Origin: an uncultured cyanobacterium | GTDB lineage: Bacteria > Cyanobacteriota > Cyanobacteriia > Leptolyngbyales > Leptolyngbyaceae | DNA length: 64,000 nucleotides | Assembly: GCA_963766075.1 (NCBI GenBank) | Contig: CAVYAN010000063.1 | Location: 8,173 to 72,172, forward strand | Reading direction: 5' to 3' | Shown: positions 51,961-64,000 of the stretch, one piece after another | How positions within the stretch are numbered: the stretch's first letter is position 1 | Layout of the letters: the number at the start of each line of letters is the position of its first letter | Notes under the pieces: generated by a model | What the model saw: only the letters and a program-made list of their open reading frames with translations | Database searches by the model: none | What the model was told of the DNA's origin: nothing | Position numbers and translations under genes: made by a program

Positions 51961-54009
51961 CTAGCGCAAATCTTCGAGCAGCCGCACTTGGAGCATTTGC
52001 CCCGGAGCAATATTGGCGGTTTTAGGGGCCGTTAAGTAGGTGAGAGCCGCTCCCGCAACAGCTCCCCCCGCCGCTCCCGCCCCGGAACCCCCGCCCAACA
52101 CACCACCCGCCACCGCGCCAATGCCGGAGTTGATCGCTAGGTTAGAACTTTTAATGGTGCGATCGCCCGCTAAGACCTCTGACTCGGCCCGCAGGGGCAC
52201 ATTTCGGCCTTGCATCGCAATCGCTTGGGTAATAAAGCGACTGCCCGCATTCTGGGTTTCAAAGCGGCCAATCACCAGACTGTCCACTGGCAAGAGCACA
52301 CGCCCTAGACTATCCCGCACTTCGGTTTGCAGCAGCAGTACTTCTTGCTGGGCAGTTGTCGATCGCAGATTTAGGGTGTCGGTGCCGGGATAGCGAAGAT
52401 TCAGCAGCGTACCAGAAGGCAGCACGACATCGCCCGGATTTTTACTGGCGCTCATCAGTACAGCGCTGGGTAGTACAGTGCTGGGTTGAGCGGTGCCCAG
52501 GGAGAGGGGGCTCAGGGGAGCGAGACTCGGGGGCAAGGGTTGGCCAAATTCAATGATGGGGATGGGCGGAACTGCCGGTTGATTCGGGACGGGCTGCACC
52601 GCAACCGGTTCAGGACGGGGAGGCAGGGGGGCGATCGCCGCTGGATTATAGACGGGCTGACTGCTAGAGACGCCCAGAGGCGCGAGCGGTGGTACCGTCA
52701 CCAACGGCGCATCCACCGCCTGACTGCTCGCCATCTGACCCGCCATCTGACGATTCGCGAGCTGACCATTGGTTTGAGGCGGTTCTGCTGCCTGACTATT
52801 GCCCACAGGTCGTTCGAAGGACAGGCCGGGGGGGGTGGAGTCCAGGGCGAGAGTGGCCACTTGAATCACGGCAGACGGGGGCGGATTTGTTGCGCCTAGT
52901 GGATTCGTTGCGCCTAGTGGATTCGTTGCGGTTACGGGAGGCTGAGAGCGGGTGGGGGTGCTGGCCCCTGTAAAACGAGCCACCGCTGAAGGTTGTGGCG
53001 AACCATTTACAGACGAAACATTCACGGGCGGAACATTCGCAGGCAGAGCATTCACAGACGCAATACTTGCGGGCGGAACATTTACGGGCGGAATACTTAC
53101 GGGCGGAATACTTACGGGCGGAACATTTAAAGACGGGACATTGACAAGCGGGCTAGGCTGGGAGGGACTAGGCTGGGAGGGCCCAGAGTCAGGGGATCCA
53201 GAGTCGGGCGCTGCCGGACTAATCGGGGTCGGTGCAGCGATAGATATGGCGGGCGGCGTAACGGCAGATCCCGCCGTCGGTCTGGTGGGAGACTGAAGGG
53301 CCACGGGAACTTTTGGCGCGGGCACATCGGGAAGCGCGATCGCAATAGCGGGGCTGGTTTGAGGCAGTTTAGATGGCAGCGGGGGCGGCGGCGGGGCGAT
53401 CGCCTCGGAGATTAGCACGCTGCCGGGAGGCGTGACGGCGGGCGGCGCGGGGAGGGCTGAGACTTGCGGGATTGGGGCCGGGGGTACAGCGGAAGCATTG
53501 GGGGGGGAGACGGCTTCGCCAGGTTGCACCTTTGGCAGCAAGCGACCGGCAATCAAGGGCTGCAAGGCCCAGCGAAACCGATTGGGTTCGACGTTGCCTT
53601 CTAAGAGCTTCAGCGCCACCTGTTCCGGGGCCAGAACAGCATCAGGGGCCAGTTCCAGCACTAGGCGCGTCAGTTCGGGTTCGGGTTGGGACACCTGCAC
53701 GCGGCGCACGGCCCCGGGATAATCGCCTAGGATCCGGCCTGTGCCTAGGGTGGTGCCGGGGAGATCGAGGACGACGCGGGCGGGGCGGGCCATCAGGTAG
53801 TAGCGGGGTTTGGTGTCGCCTGTGAGGCTAATTTCCAGAAAGTTGGTGCTGGGTTCAAAGGTCCATTTGGTGAGGATGGGGTTGGCCTGGGCGGGGGCGA
53901 TCGCCGCCCCGAGGATCACGAGGCCCATGGTTCCCGCTTGCACGGCCCGCTGGACTAAAGCCGTCCCGATTACAGACCGAAATCCGATATCACTGTTGTG
54001 GCTATGCAT
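51961..54009 (-). CDS. AMIN-domain protein with a long Pro-rich linker
   Basis: Signal peptide; P.RVVLDLP.T and RLVLEL AMIN motifs; C-terminal GAVAGGVLG glycine zipper. Confidence 0.82.
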   Translation of the reverse strand: MHSHNSDIGFRSVIGTALVQRAVQAGTMGLVILGAAIAPAQANPILTKWTFEPSTNFLEISLTGDTKPRYYLMARPARVVLDLPGTTLGTGRILGDYPGAVRRVQVSQPEPELTRLVLELAPDAVLAPEQVALKLLEGNVEPNRFRWALQPLIAGRLLPKVQPGEAVSPPNASAVPPAPIPQVSALPAPPAVTPPGSVLISEAIAPPPPPLPSKLPQTSPAIAIALPDVPAPKVPVALQSPTRPTAGSAVTPPAISIAAPTPISPAAPDSGSPDSGPSQPSPSQPSPLVNVPSLNVPPVSIPPVSIPPVNVPPASIASVNALPANVPPVNVSSVNGSPQPSAVARFTGASTPTRSQPPVTATNPLGATNPLGATNPPPSAVIQVATLALDSTPPGLSFERPVGNSQAAEPPQTNGQLANRQMAGQMASSQAVDAPLVTVPPLAPLGVSSSQPVYNPAAIAPLPPRPEPVAVQPVPNQPAVPPIPIIEFGQPLPPSLAPLSPLSLGTAQPSTVLPSAVLMSASKNPGDVVLPSGTLLNLRYPGTDTLNLRSTTAQQEVLLLQTEVRDSLGRVLLPVDSLVIGRFETQNAGSRFITQAIAMQGRNVPLRAESEVLAGDRTIKSSNLAINSGIGAVAGGVLGGGSGAGAAGGAVAGAALTYLTAPKTANIAPGQMLQVRLLEDLR

Positions 54010-54425
54010 TGCTTTAGGCCAAACCCATGCGGTTGGAGCGAATTGAGGATTCTAGGATAGTCGCAACGGCCCATTTTGCACGAATAAATTGGAAGAAATT
54101 TAGGCTGGTTTTAGGCGGGAAGCACGGGGGCGGCTAGCAGCGTTGGGAGCATTGAAAGCGGGTCATTAAGCGGATCATTAAACAATGTCGATCTGGTCGT
54201 GCTAAGCGCCTGTGAAACTAGATTAGGTGGCAAGTTTGGCAATGGTGAAAAAATTTTAGGGCTGGGCTATCAGTTTCAGAATCGGGGAGCCAAAGTCGCG
54301 ATCGCCCGCGACCCCAGCCATCCCTACTACTGAGCACCGTTTATTCTGATTAGCAATGGGTTGTGAAAGGCGATCGCAAAAACTCGCTACGATCAGGTTA
54401 ATCCGCCTTAGTTTTGTCCTATGTC

Positions 54426-55179
54426 GGCGTTGCATAATAGTGCTATGAATTGAGGCTAAATCTGATGCAATGTCCCGAATGTGGCTCCGGTCATATCCGT
54501 AAGAATGGTAAAATGAGAGGTAAACAAAATCACATTTGCGTCGATTGTGGTCGGCAATTTATTGATGTCTATACGCCGCCCAAAGGATACTCAGATGAAG
54601 TCAAAGCGCAATGTTTGAAAATGTACGTCAATGGCATGGGATTTCGAGGCATTGAACGCGTCACAGGCGTGCATCACACCACCGTGATTAATTGGGTTAG
54701 GCAAGTCGGAGAACTCCTACCTGATGCTTACGACCCAGAGACCATTCCCCAAGTCGGAGAACTCGACGAACTGGAAACGTTTGTGCGCTCAAAAAAACAA
54801 AATCTGGCTCTGGACAGCCGTTGACCACTTTAAGCAAGGGATTTTAGGCTGGGTATTAGGTGACCACAGTGCCGAAACCTTCAAGCCTCTATGAGCCATT
54901 GTGGCAACTTGGAAATGCTATTTCTACGTCACAGATGGCTGGTCAGTCTATCCAGGATTTATTCCAGACGGCGACCAGATTGTTAGCAAGACTTACATGA
55001 CACGGGTAGAAGGTGAAAACACTCGGTTGCGACACTACTTGGCGCGACTGCATCGCAAGACACTTTGTTATTCCAAATCAGAGAAAATGCTGAGACACTC
55101 GATTCGCTTGCTACTGCACTACCTCAAATTCTGGGATGTTCCGATTCCTCATTGATTCATAGCTTCATTCAGCAACGCC
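54426..55179 (+). mobile_element. IS1-family insertion sequence, 754 bp
   Basis: TIRs GGCGTTGCATAATAGTGCTATGAAT / ATTCATAGCTTCATTCAGCAACGCC; insA/insB organisation; no target-site duplication visible. Confidence 0.92.
54465..55155 (+). pseudogene. IS1 transposase (InsA-InsB, -1 frameshift at A7C 54791-54798) with in-frame TGA at 54892-54894
   Basis: InsA zinc ribbon CPECG..C..CGRQF and HTH; InsB ELDEL, WLWTAVD, TDGW..Y, EGENTRLRH..ARL.RKT..YSKS. Confidence 0.85.
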
Positions 55180-55950
55180 GGAAGTTCTTTAAGTGCTAAT
55201 CTGGTGCTGCCAGAACAGTTTTCTAACTTGGCATTCCCTGGTCAAGGCCCCATAGTCGGGCTCAATTTGGTGAAAGCGAAGGCGACTTTTCCCCGTGCAG
55301 TCTTTATCGAGATCAATAAAGTCGAGGTGGGCGAACATGCTGCCTTCACCGCTGGCTTTGCCAACCCTGCCAAAGGACTGCTAAAACGGTATGTCCCGGC
55401 CTTTCGTGAGCAGCATGACCCCCTGGCGATTGTAATGACCAATGTGTTCAGCCCCGGGATTAAACAGGTCATGGATTCGGCTCTCTTCTCAACCCTGGGG
55501 TCGGGCTTCTCAACACCGCGATCGGGTGCAGTCCTGCCCGTACCGCTGAGGACTAACCCGCCTGAAAAACCTCTGAGTGATGCCGAAAAGCTCCAGTCGT
55601 CATCGCTCTTTCGGTTGAGCTATGAGCAGCAGTGGGAGCATGACAGTCGTTTGCTGCCGGATGACCAATTACAGCGGCACATGCATGAGTTAAGCCAATG
55701 CGTTCAGTTACTAACGCAGGCGGGGGTGCGGGTGGTTTTTTATGAGATGCCCACCAGTCCGTTGCTGGAGTCTACGCCGCGCAAAAACCAGGTGCGGCAG
55801 GCTTTTGCGAGATACTTCCCTCCGGAAAAATGGAAATATCTGCCGCGCTATCCTCATAATCATTTCCGCACCAAGGATGCCATCCATATCGATAACGAGA
55901 GTATTGGGATTTACTCACAGTGGTTTTTGGAGCAGGTTAAAGATAACTGA
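55180..55950 (+). pseudogene. 5'-truncated SGNH-like (DltD/AlgJ-type) protein
   Basis: The frame is open right up to the IS end and begins GSSLSANL; N.AF.G, VFYEMP and DAIH motifs; no start codon or RBS before the GSS motif. Confidence 0.55.
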
Positions 55951-56136
55951 GACTGAGAGGGTTCTATCAGGATAATTATCTTCTGGTAGTTGTCTTCTGG
56001 GGGAAATCGTGGGAATGGCCACCATTATTCAGCCGCAGTGATGTATAGTTCGTTCTGGATTCTGCTTGAGTTTCCCCGCGCAGACTCTTTTTCAAACCCT
56101 TGTTATTCAACGCCCTTAGCGCATAGGTATAGGACC

Positions 56137-57362
56137 GTGACCCAGGTTGTTCTTGAAGCCGTCTACAAAAGCTTTCAGCTTCCGTCTCAGCCAGTATCGG
56201 GGGCTGTTTTGCGGAACATTAACCTGACCGTCAAGGCGGGTGAGTTTATGGTGTTGGTGGGGCCATCTGGCTGTGGCAAGAGTACGCTGCTGCGGCTGAT
56301 TGCGGGGTTGGAAGAGTTGACTGGGGGCAACATCTATATTGACGATCGCCAGGTTAATGCCCTGCCGCCCAAGGCCCGCGATATTGCCATGGTGTTCCAG
56401 AATTACGCGCTCTATCCGCACATGACCGTGTACGAGAATGTTGCCTTTGGTTTGCGCCGCAATGCGCCGAAAGCGGGGCGATCGCGGGGGATTCTGGGGA
56501 AAATTCACGCAGTGTAATGCCCCTGTGGGCCGAGAATTTGTTGGTGTCGGCCACGGGAAATTGGCCGAAGGGGTGGCGCTATCGCTCGGCGCGGGAGCGG
56601 GCGATCGCCCAACGGGTGCGTCAAGTGGCCGAAACGTTGCAGATTGAACCGCTGCTGCATCGCTTGCCCAAGCAACTGTCCGGTGGCCAAAAGCAGCGCG
56701 TGGCCTTGGGACGGGCGATGGCCCGCAATCCCCAGGTGTTTTTGATGGATGAGCCCTTGTCGAATTTGGATGCTAAATTGCGGGCTGAGACTCGATCTCA
56801 AATCGTCCAATTGCAGCGACAACTGGGTACGACCACGATTTATGTGACCCACGATCAAACTGAAGCCATGACCATGGGCGATCGCATCACCGTCCTAAAC
56901 GCGGGCCAGATTCAGCAATTGGGATCACCCCTGGATCTCTATAACCATCCAGCGAATCGATTTGTTGCAGAATTCATCGGGTCTCCCCCGATGAATTTTT
57001 TGGAGGTTGCCGTTACGGCACCCCTGATGCTGCAACACCCCCAATTTCGACTGAACTTACCGCCCGCATGGGCTACCGTCTTGTCCGCCTACGCTGGCCG
57101 CTCGGTGGTCTTAGGCATTCGTCCGGAGCATTTGCGATTGAGCCAAGCGGCCCCCGAAAACCTGCAGGTCCGGGTGGCCTTGGTGGAAGCCTTAGGCAAC
57201 GATACTTATTTGTCCGTCACCCTAGCGGGTCTGCCGCTCCAGGTGCGCATCGACCCCGATCGCACCGTACAGCCCGGAGAGGATCTCTGGTTAGCCATTA
57301 TGCCGGAAAAGATTCACCTGTTTGATCTGGAAACGGGATTGGCGATCGCTCCGCACGCCTAA
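56137..57362 (+). CDS. Sugar ABC transporter ATP-binding protein (MalK/UgpC type); frameshift near 56475
   Basis: [44 protein letters not shown]-terminal TOBE (GIRPEH). Confidence 0.92.
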
Positions 57363-57420
57363 TCCCCCTAATTCTCAGGCCGATCCAAAAGTCCCCACAA
57401 ATGCAAAAATTGCCACAAAC

Positions 57421-57451
57421 GCAAAGCACCCCCCATTGGAGGGCGCTTTGC
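57421..57451 (-). terminator. Terminator hairpin downstream of psbA
   Basis: Minus strand GCAAAGCGCCC...GGGTGCTTTGC. Confidence 0.6.
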
Positions 57452-57546
57452 GGAATCAACGTTAATCGCCTTAGAAGCACGTTGGCCTAGGTTGAAAGTG
57501 GTGTTTGCTCAACTAAGGCAACACTACTTAAATTAACCCTTGATAA

Positions 57547-58632
<1,086 letters not shown>

Positions 58633-59183
58633 GATGGTAATAAGTGCTCTAGACAATGTATGTAGAACGATGGGACGGCCCGATAAATCGCGGAATAAAT
58701 CTCTTCTATATAATCTATATAAGCAGAAGGGATTGAATCTATTGACCCCCAGGCTATCCATTCGATCTGGCTTTATAGTATTGACATTTCCTTGGATTTT
58801 GCTAGAGCGGAATTGTAAATTTTCATAATGATTCCTGCAATATTTAGTTACTCATTTTTCCCCAATCATTTCTCGGACGAGCGACGGAATGCCCTCTAGT
58901 CAAGCCTGGGCGTCGCTCTTGAGCGTTGGTTCTCCGTCACGGACAGCGAATTTTCCTTAGCCAACTATCAAGTCAACTATCATTAAGTGGCCAGTCGTGG
59001 GAACCCCTGCCTTGACTAGCGATTCAATGGATTTCGGCAATGTACTTCGTTGTTTAATGCCACACTTCGTTAGTCAAGTTATGAGTAAAGATATGTGGTA
59101 AATCAGAGATATATCTTTATGAATTTACGCCGAACAAGCTTTACTTTTCTTAAAATTCAAGGTTTTTGATTCAAGGGTTCAAC

Positions 59184-59230
59184 GATTAAAAACTCCAGTG
59201 GCTTGTTGAGGGTCACTGGAGTTTTTAATC
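59184..59230. terminator. Long inverted repeat, likely terminator of the small gene upstream on the minus strand
   Basis: GATTAAAAACTCCAGTG / CACTGGAGTTTTTAATC perfect 17-bp stem. Confidence 0.75.
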
Positions 59231-59332
59231 CACTTTATTCGCGGTAATTGTTCCTATTTCCATCCTATGGGCTCTGAGCGGTAAGCCCTGAGCTCATGGA
59301 AATCCTTGGGGTGCTGCGAGGATCTAGTCCGG

Positions 59333-59542
59333 CTAATCTAGTTTCAACGAATTGACCGGCACCTGATCCCAGGAGTCAACGGTGCGAAGGCGGGCGACCC
59401 ATCCCTCAGAACGCTGGGTTGCTGTCAAGTTCTGCTCAAAGGATTCATGGCATTCTTGAGCTTGGGTTTCATCACAGCACGCAATACAGGAGTAAAGCAA
59501 CCCAGACGGATCAACTTGTTCATTTACCCAAATTGTCTTCAT
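59333..59542 (-). CDS. Small conserved cyanobacterial protein (often auto-annotated as glycogen debranching protein; function doubtful)
   Basis: IWVNEQ.DPSG....CIACCDE.QA..CH.SF...GW.A.LRTV.SWD.VPVN.LKL. Confidence 0.8.
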   Translation of the reverse strand: MKTIWVNEQVDPSGLLYSCIACCDETQAQECHESFEQNLTATQRSEGWVARLRTVDSWDQVPVNSLKLD

Positions 59543-59846
59543 GGCTTATATCTCTCAACGCTTGCCTCCATTAGAATACCGCATTTGCTGGGATGGCGAT
59601 GGTGGGCCTTGGCAGTCGTTCTTCTTTACCCCGCCAGTCGTTCTTCACAGTTGTCTGCGGGTGCTTTGTGAGAGTGAGATAGAATCAGGTGGGCGGTTAG
59701 GGCAGCTTCTATCTGGACTTTGGGTCGTTTTATTGCGCGTTTTGTTGCGCGGTGTCTGGGGCTTAAAACACTTGTTTCAGGATGCTGTTGCTCAATTCTT
59801 TGGCTTTCCTTAATGTTGTCTCCCGCTAATTCTCTAGCTAATCACG

Positions 59847-61225
59847 TTGTCTCCACTGAATCGATTGTCGCCGTCCAATGCTTTGCCGACGGATATTTTA
59901 ATTTTGTCCAATGGTCCTGGGGAGTTGTCTACTTGGGTCCAGCCCGTGGTGCGTACTCTGCGACAGCGCTGTACAGACGATCGCCATGCTCTACGCATTT
60001 CGATTGTGCTATCGCCCTGTGCGAATGCGAGTGGTCAGGAAGCGGCGATCGCCCAGCGCTTTCCCGAAGTGGATCGGGTCCAATCTGCCATGCACTTTTT
60101 TCCTTTTCTGCTGTGGGGCAAAACCGTAGACAATTGGGACTGGCATCCACGGGGCCTAGTGTTGTTTCTAGGGGGCGATCAGTTTTTTCCCTTGGTCATT
60201 GGCAAACGTCTGGGCTACAAAACTCTTTTGTATGTGGAATGGGCCGCCCGTTGGCATGCTTGGGGCGATCGCTTCGCCATGATGCAGCCCAGTATCCTCA
60301 ATACCGTTGCTCCCCGGCATCGCCATAAATTTACCCTGGTTGGCGATCTGATGGCCGAGGCCCAATCCAATTCTCCAGCCGTTGCATCCCAATCCAATTC
60401 TCCAGCCGCTGCTTCAGGGATGCCATCTCCGGATTGTCCTGCCCCCCGGATTGCCCTACTCCCTGGCTCTAAGCCCCTGAAGCTATTTCCTGGGGTGCCC
60501 TTGACGCTGGCGATCGCGGAACAGATTCACCGACGCACCCCCAGGTGCGCTTTGTGATTCCCGTGGCTCCCACCTTGGACTTGGCACAATTGGCCGCCTA
60601 TGCCAATCCCCAGGTCAATGGGGCGATCGCCCAGTTCGGTTGGGCTTCGGCCACCCTGGTTACGCCGCTCGATCAGCGTCCCTATTTGCAAACACCTGCC
60701 GGGTTGCAGGTGGAATTGTGGACCGATTTCCCTGCCTATGATTTATTACGCACCTGTGACCTGTGCTTGACGACAGTGGGAGCCAATACAGCGGAGTTGG
60801 GGGCTTTGACGGTGCCGATGTTGGTGCTGATTCCCACCCAACAGTTGCATTTAATGAAGGCATGGGATGGACTGCCGGGGTTGCTGGTGAACCTGCCGGG
60901 GCTAGGCGATCGCTTGGCGCGCTGGTTAAGTGCCCAGGCGCTGAAACGGGCTGGCCGCTTTGCGTGGCCCAACATTTGGGCGCAGGCAGAAATTGTGCCG
61001 GAGTTGGTGGGGGCATTGCAACCCGCAGCAGTGGCGGCGATCGTCCTCGATTATCTGGCCCATCCCGAAAAATTACAGGCCATGCAGACAAAGCTACGCC
61101 AGGTGCGGGGCGAACCGGGCGCGGCTGAAAAACTGGTGCACCTGATCCAAGAAGAACTCGCCGTAGAGAAATTATTGCCAGAGAAATCGTCCCCAGAGAA
61201 ATCATCCCCAGAGAAACTATCCTGA
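59847..61225 (+). CDS. Lipid-A-disaccharide synthase-related (LpxB-like) glycosyltransferase; frameshift near 60537
   Basis: ILSNGPGE, FLGGDQ, LLPGSK, TTVGANTAEL, AWPNIWA..EIVPEL. Confidence 0.85.
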
Positions 61226-61354
61226 TGGGCGGGCGTCTTGATGATTGATATAGGGAGGAGAATCACCTGTGGCCCAGTGGTCAAACTGTGACGAAGACGT
61301 TACCGTGGGGCGGGATACCTGTCCGAGTCCCAAATTACTGAATCTAATACTGAG

Positions 61355-61810
61355 ATGACGCCTATGAATCGCCGAGAATTTGTCAATTGGGTGGGCCTGG
61401 GGGCGATCGCCACCTCTTTACCCGTGGCCTTAGCCGCTTGTTCCCCCCAAGCTGAGGCCCCAAAAACCGCAGAGGCACCCGCTCCTGCGGGGCGGGCCGA
61501 TGGATTTCAGCCAATTGGCTCCGTGGCCGATTTGGATAAGCAGGGATCGATTAGTGCGAAATTGGCAGCGGGACCGGCCATGGTGATCCGTAATCCGGCG
61601 GATGCTAAGGCCGTGATTGCTGTCAATCCCACCTGTACCCACAAAAGTTGCGCCGTGGCCTGGAAAACGGATGAAAAAACCTTTGTCTGTCCCTGTCACG
61701 ATGCCAAATTTGCCAGTGATGGCAAAGTTACCCAGGGGCCAGCGGACAAGCCCTTGGCGACTTATCTTGCCAAAATTGAAGGCGATGTCATCTTGGTCAA
61801 GTCGGCCTAG
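61355..61810 (+). CDS. Rieske [2Fe-2S] protein with Tat signal and lipobox (PetC3-like)
   Basis: NRREF twin-arginine motif, LAAC lipobox, CTHKSC and CPCH ligands, GPA..PL. Confidence 0.9.
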   Translation: MTPMNRREFVNWVGLGAIATSLPVALAACSPQAEAPKTAEAPAPAGRADGFQPIGSVADLDKQGSISAKLAAGPAMVIRNPADAKAVIAVNPTCTHKSCAVAWKTDEKTFVCPCHDAKFASDGKVTQGPADKPLATYLAKIEGDVILVKSA

Positions 61811-62012
61811 TCTGAGCCTGCCCATGTCTCCAACGTTGGGGCGATCTCGAAGGTCGGCATCGCCCCTATGGGGATTTGGGTCGATCGCGATGCCCATCGC
61901 CAAGCTTATTTAAGATAATGAGCACGCTAGGCTTTGCCTATTCTACAGAGGTTTAATATTGAATTGCGCCTTCCGCTCTAGGATGCCAGAACCCTCAATC
62001 TAAAATCCAACA

Positions 62013-63686
62013 TCAGACGAGTTTCCCTTTCAATTTCGCACCCAGTTCTTGCAAAGCCTGGGCGATCGGATTTTGATTTTGCAAGAATACTCGGGCACAG
62101 TTGCGCCCCGGCATGCCGGAAATGGAGCCACCGGGATGCGTGCCCGCCCCAGTCAGATAGAGGTTCGCGATCGGGGTTTTATAGTTTGCCAGTTCCGGCA
62201 GCGGTCGGAAAAACACCATCTGCTCTAGGGTCATGTCGATGTGATAGTAGTTGCCCTTCAGAGCCCCAAGGCGATCGCCCAATTCCGCCGGACTTTCTAC
62301 CCGGCGGGCGATAGTAGCGGCTTTAACATTAGGCGCATAGTCGGCCAGTTTATCAATGACGCGATCGGCCACTTGATTTTTTAAGGCATCGGTCCAACCT
62401 GTACCGTTCAGTCCGGTGCCCTCAGACCCGGCAATTTGGTAGGGTGCAAAGAATTCAATCCAGAGGGTATGTTTGCCATCGGGAGCCATGGTCGGGTCGA
62501 GCATCGTCGGCTGCACCAGGTACATCGAGGGATCGGCATCGGGAATTTTGCCCAGGGTCGGCTCGACATGGGCGATCTCTACCTGTTTCACAGAATCGGC
62601 GATTAAAACCGAGCCAATTAGGAAATCATCTTGATGATTATGATGAACAAATTTAAGTGACTCAGACAAGGCTAAGTCGATTTTCATAATGGTTTCGTTA
62701 TTGTTGATGATCTTGCGATCGAGGCGATCGCGGAGTTTACCGTCTGCCGCATCAATATCGCGACTGTCGATGTGATGGAGAAATAGCCGCTTGGCATCAA
62801 TATTAGAAATCACACCATGGGTGGCACGGTATTCCTCCCCATTGGCCGTCCGCACCCCCACAGCCCGCCCGTCTTCAATCAAGACTTGTTTGATCGGGCG
62901 ATCGCACAAAATTTCCCCGCCCAAACTTTGCACCCGCTTTACCAATGCCGCCACCAAGGCCCCCGTGCCGCCCTTGGGCCGCGCCATGCCGGGATGGTGT
63001 CGCATCGACATCATCATTAGACCAATCGCCAAATTCTTTTGGGAGGGTGGCACCCCCAGTTCCGCTGCCAGTCGGGCCAGGGGAGCTTTAACCACCTCGG
63101 AATCAAACCATTCGTTCAGGATATCTTCGGCACTGGTCAACATATTGCGCACAAAGTCTAGGGCCTTTTGGAGGGATCCAACGGAACCCAATAGATCCTT
63201 GAGCTGGTGGCGATCGTAGTTTTTAATAATCTCCGCCAACCCCAGCGGCGGCGCATTAAACAGGGGAATCATTGCATTCACAACCTGATCCCAGTAGTGA
63301 ATAAATTCGCGATACTTTTGGGCATCCCGAGGGCTATAGCGGGCAATGTCAGCGCAGGTTTTTTCCAGCGATCGGTGGGCTAAAAAGTAGTTGCCATCTG
63401 GATGCGGACAAAAGGTGACCGGATCGCAAAACAGGTACTCTAGACCATATTGGGTCAGCTCCAGTTCCTCGACCACCGGAGCCAAGTGAATAAACTCATG
63501 GTCGATCGCACATAGATTAAACTTAAAGTCTGGCACCTCTGGAATCACGGCCTCCGTGGTAGCAGCCCCACCGGGAACAGAACGCTTTTCCAATAGCAAA
63601 ACGCTGTAGCCCGCCTTGAGCAAATAGGCGGCACAGACTAAGCCATTATGCCCTGCACCAATTAAAATTACGTCATAGATATGCAT
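62013..63686 (-). CDS. crtO: Beta-carotene ketolase CrtO (phytoene dehydrogenase-like FAD enzyme)
   Basis: IGAGHNGLVCAAYLL, PGGAATTE, FNLCAIDHEF, LYLTGAGTHPGGSISGMPGRNCA. Confidence 0.85.
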   Translation of the reverse strand: MHIYDVILIGAGHNGLVCAAYLLKAGYSVLLLEKRSVPGGAATTEAVIPEVPDFKFNLCAIDHEFIHLAPVVEELELTQYGLEYLFCDPVTFCPHPDGNYFLAHRSLEKTCADIARYSPRDAQKYREFIHYWDQVVNAMIPLFNAPPLGLAEIIKNYDRHQLKDLLGSVGSLQKALDFVRNMLTSAEDILNEWFDSEVVKAPLARLAAELGVPPSQKNLAIGLMMMSMRHHPGMARPKGGTGALVAALVKRVQSLGGEILCDRPIKQVLIEDGRAVGVRTANGEEYRATHGVISNIDAKRLFLHHIDSRDIDAADGKLRDRLDRKIINNNETIMKIDLALSESLKFVHHNHQDDFLIGSVLIADSVKQVEIAHVEPTLGKIPDADPSMYLVQPTMLDPTMAPDGKHTLWIEFFAPYQIAGSEGTGLNGTGWTDALKNQVADRVIDKLADYAPNVKAATIARRVESPAELGDRLGALKGNYYHIDMTLEQMVFFRPLPELANYKTPIANLYLTGAGTHPGGSISGMPGRNCARVFLQNQNPIAQALQELGAKLKGKLV

Positions 63687-63718
63687 ATAGTTAAAAGTTA
63701 ATAATTCAAAGTTAAGAA

Positions 63719-64000
63719 TTAAAGCAACTTGGCTCGCAGCATTTTGATCAGATACGTCAGTACGCCGATATTCAACCCAAGGACAACGATTTTAATTAGG
63801 CTGAAGCCCTGAATTAATTCATAAATTTCTAACGGGACACTGGTGGCAACTAGAACCACTACTAGGATTTCCGCCCAGGTTTTTTCATTCCATAGGCCCA
63901 CCGCTTCTATAAACGTGACAGTGGCGTAGAGACTCGCTGCGATCCCACTAAACTCCAACTTGCGTGGGCTCAAATTTAAGATCTTGTCTAATACCCAGTC
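63719..64000 (-). CDS. DUF2127-like membrane protein (3' part only)
   Basis: LYA....IEAVGLW..K.WAE.L.......VPLEIYEL...K...L.LNI.VL.YL. Confidence 0.75.
   Translation of the reverse strand, partial: DWVLDKILNLSPRKLEFSGIAASLYATVTFIEAVGLWNEKTWAEILVVVLVATSVPLEIYELIQGFSLIKIVVLGLNIGVLTYLIKMLRAKLL

Noticed and set aside
58770..59180. Possible sRNA or defined promoter elements upstream of psbA
   Set aside because: AT-rich with candidate hexamers, but no convincing -35/-10 spacing or recognisable RNA family.

Overview
This is a cyanobacterial chromosomal segment: HIP1 octamers (GCGATCGC) are very frequent, and it carries psbA, a c6-like cytochrome, crtO and glnB. Most genes are housekeeping or conserved cyanobacterial genes: ggt, lspA, bioY, queF, glnB, Sua5, leuS, ispD, hemE, ssb, lepB, a mannose-1-P guanylyltransferase/phosphomannomutase fusion and a two-component pair. 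Accessory elements include: an HTH/NB-ARC gene divergent from two paralogous ABC substrate-binding genes, with an 8-bp repeat array between them; a 141-bp MITE-like element inserted at a TAA stop codon; an Rpn/DUF4351 gene with a likely internal antitoxin start; an orphan Nif11-like precursor next to an AT-rich SLATT-like gene; and an IS1-family element that truncates an SGNH-like gene. Three signalling proteins look catalytically incomplete. Seven genes carry frameshifts, about seven in psbA alone and mostly single-base indels in homopolymers, most likely assembly errors. No rRNA, tRNA or CRISPR array was recognised. All product calls come from motif recognition by eye; no searches were run.
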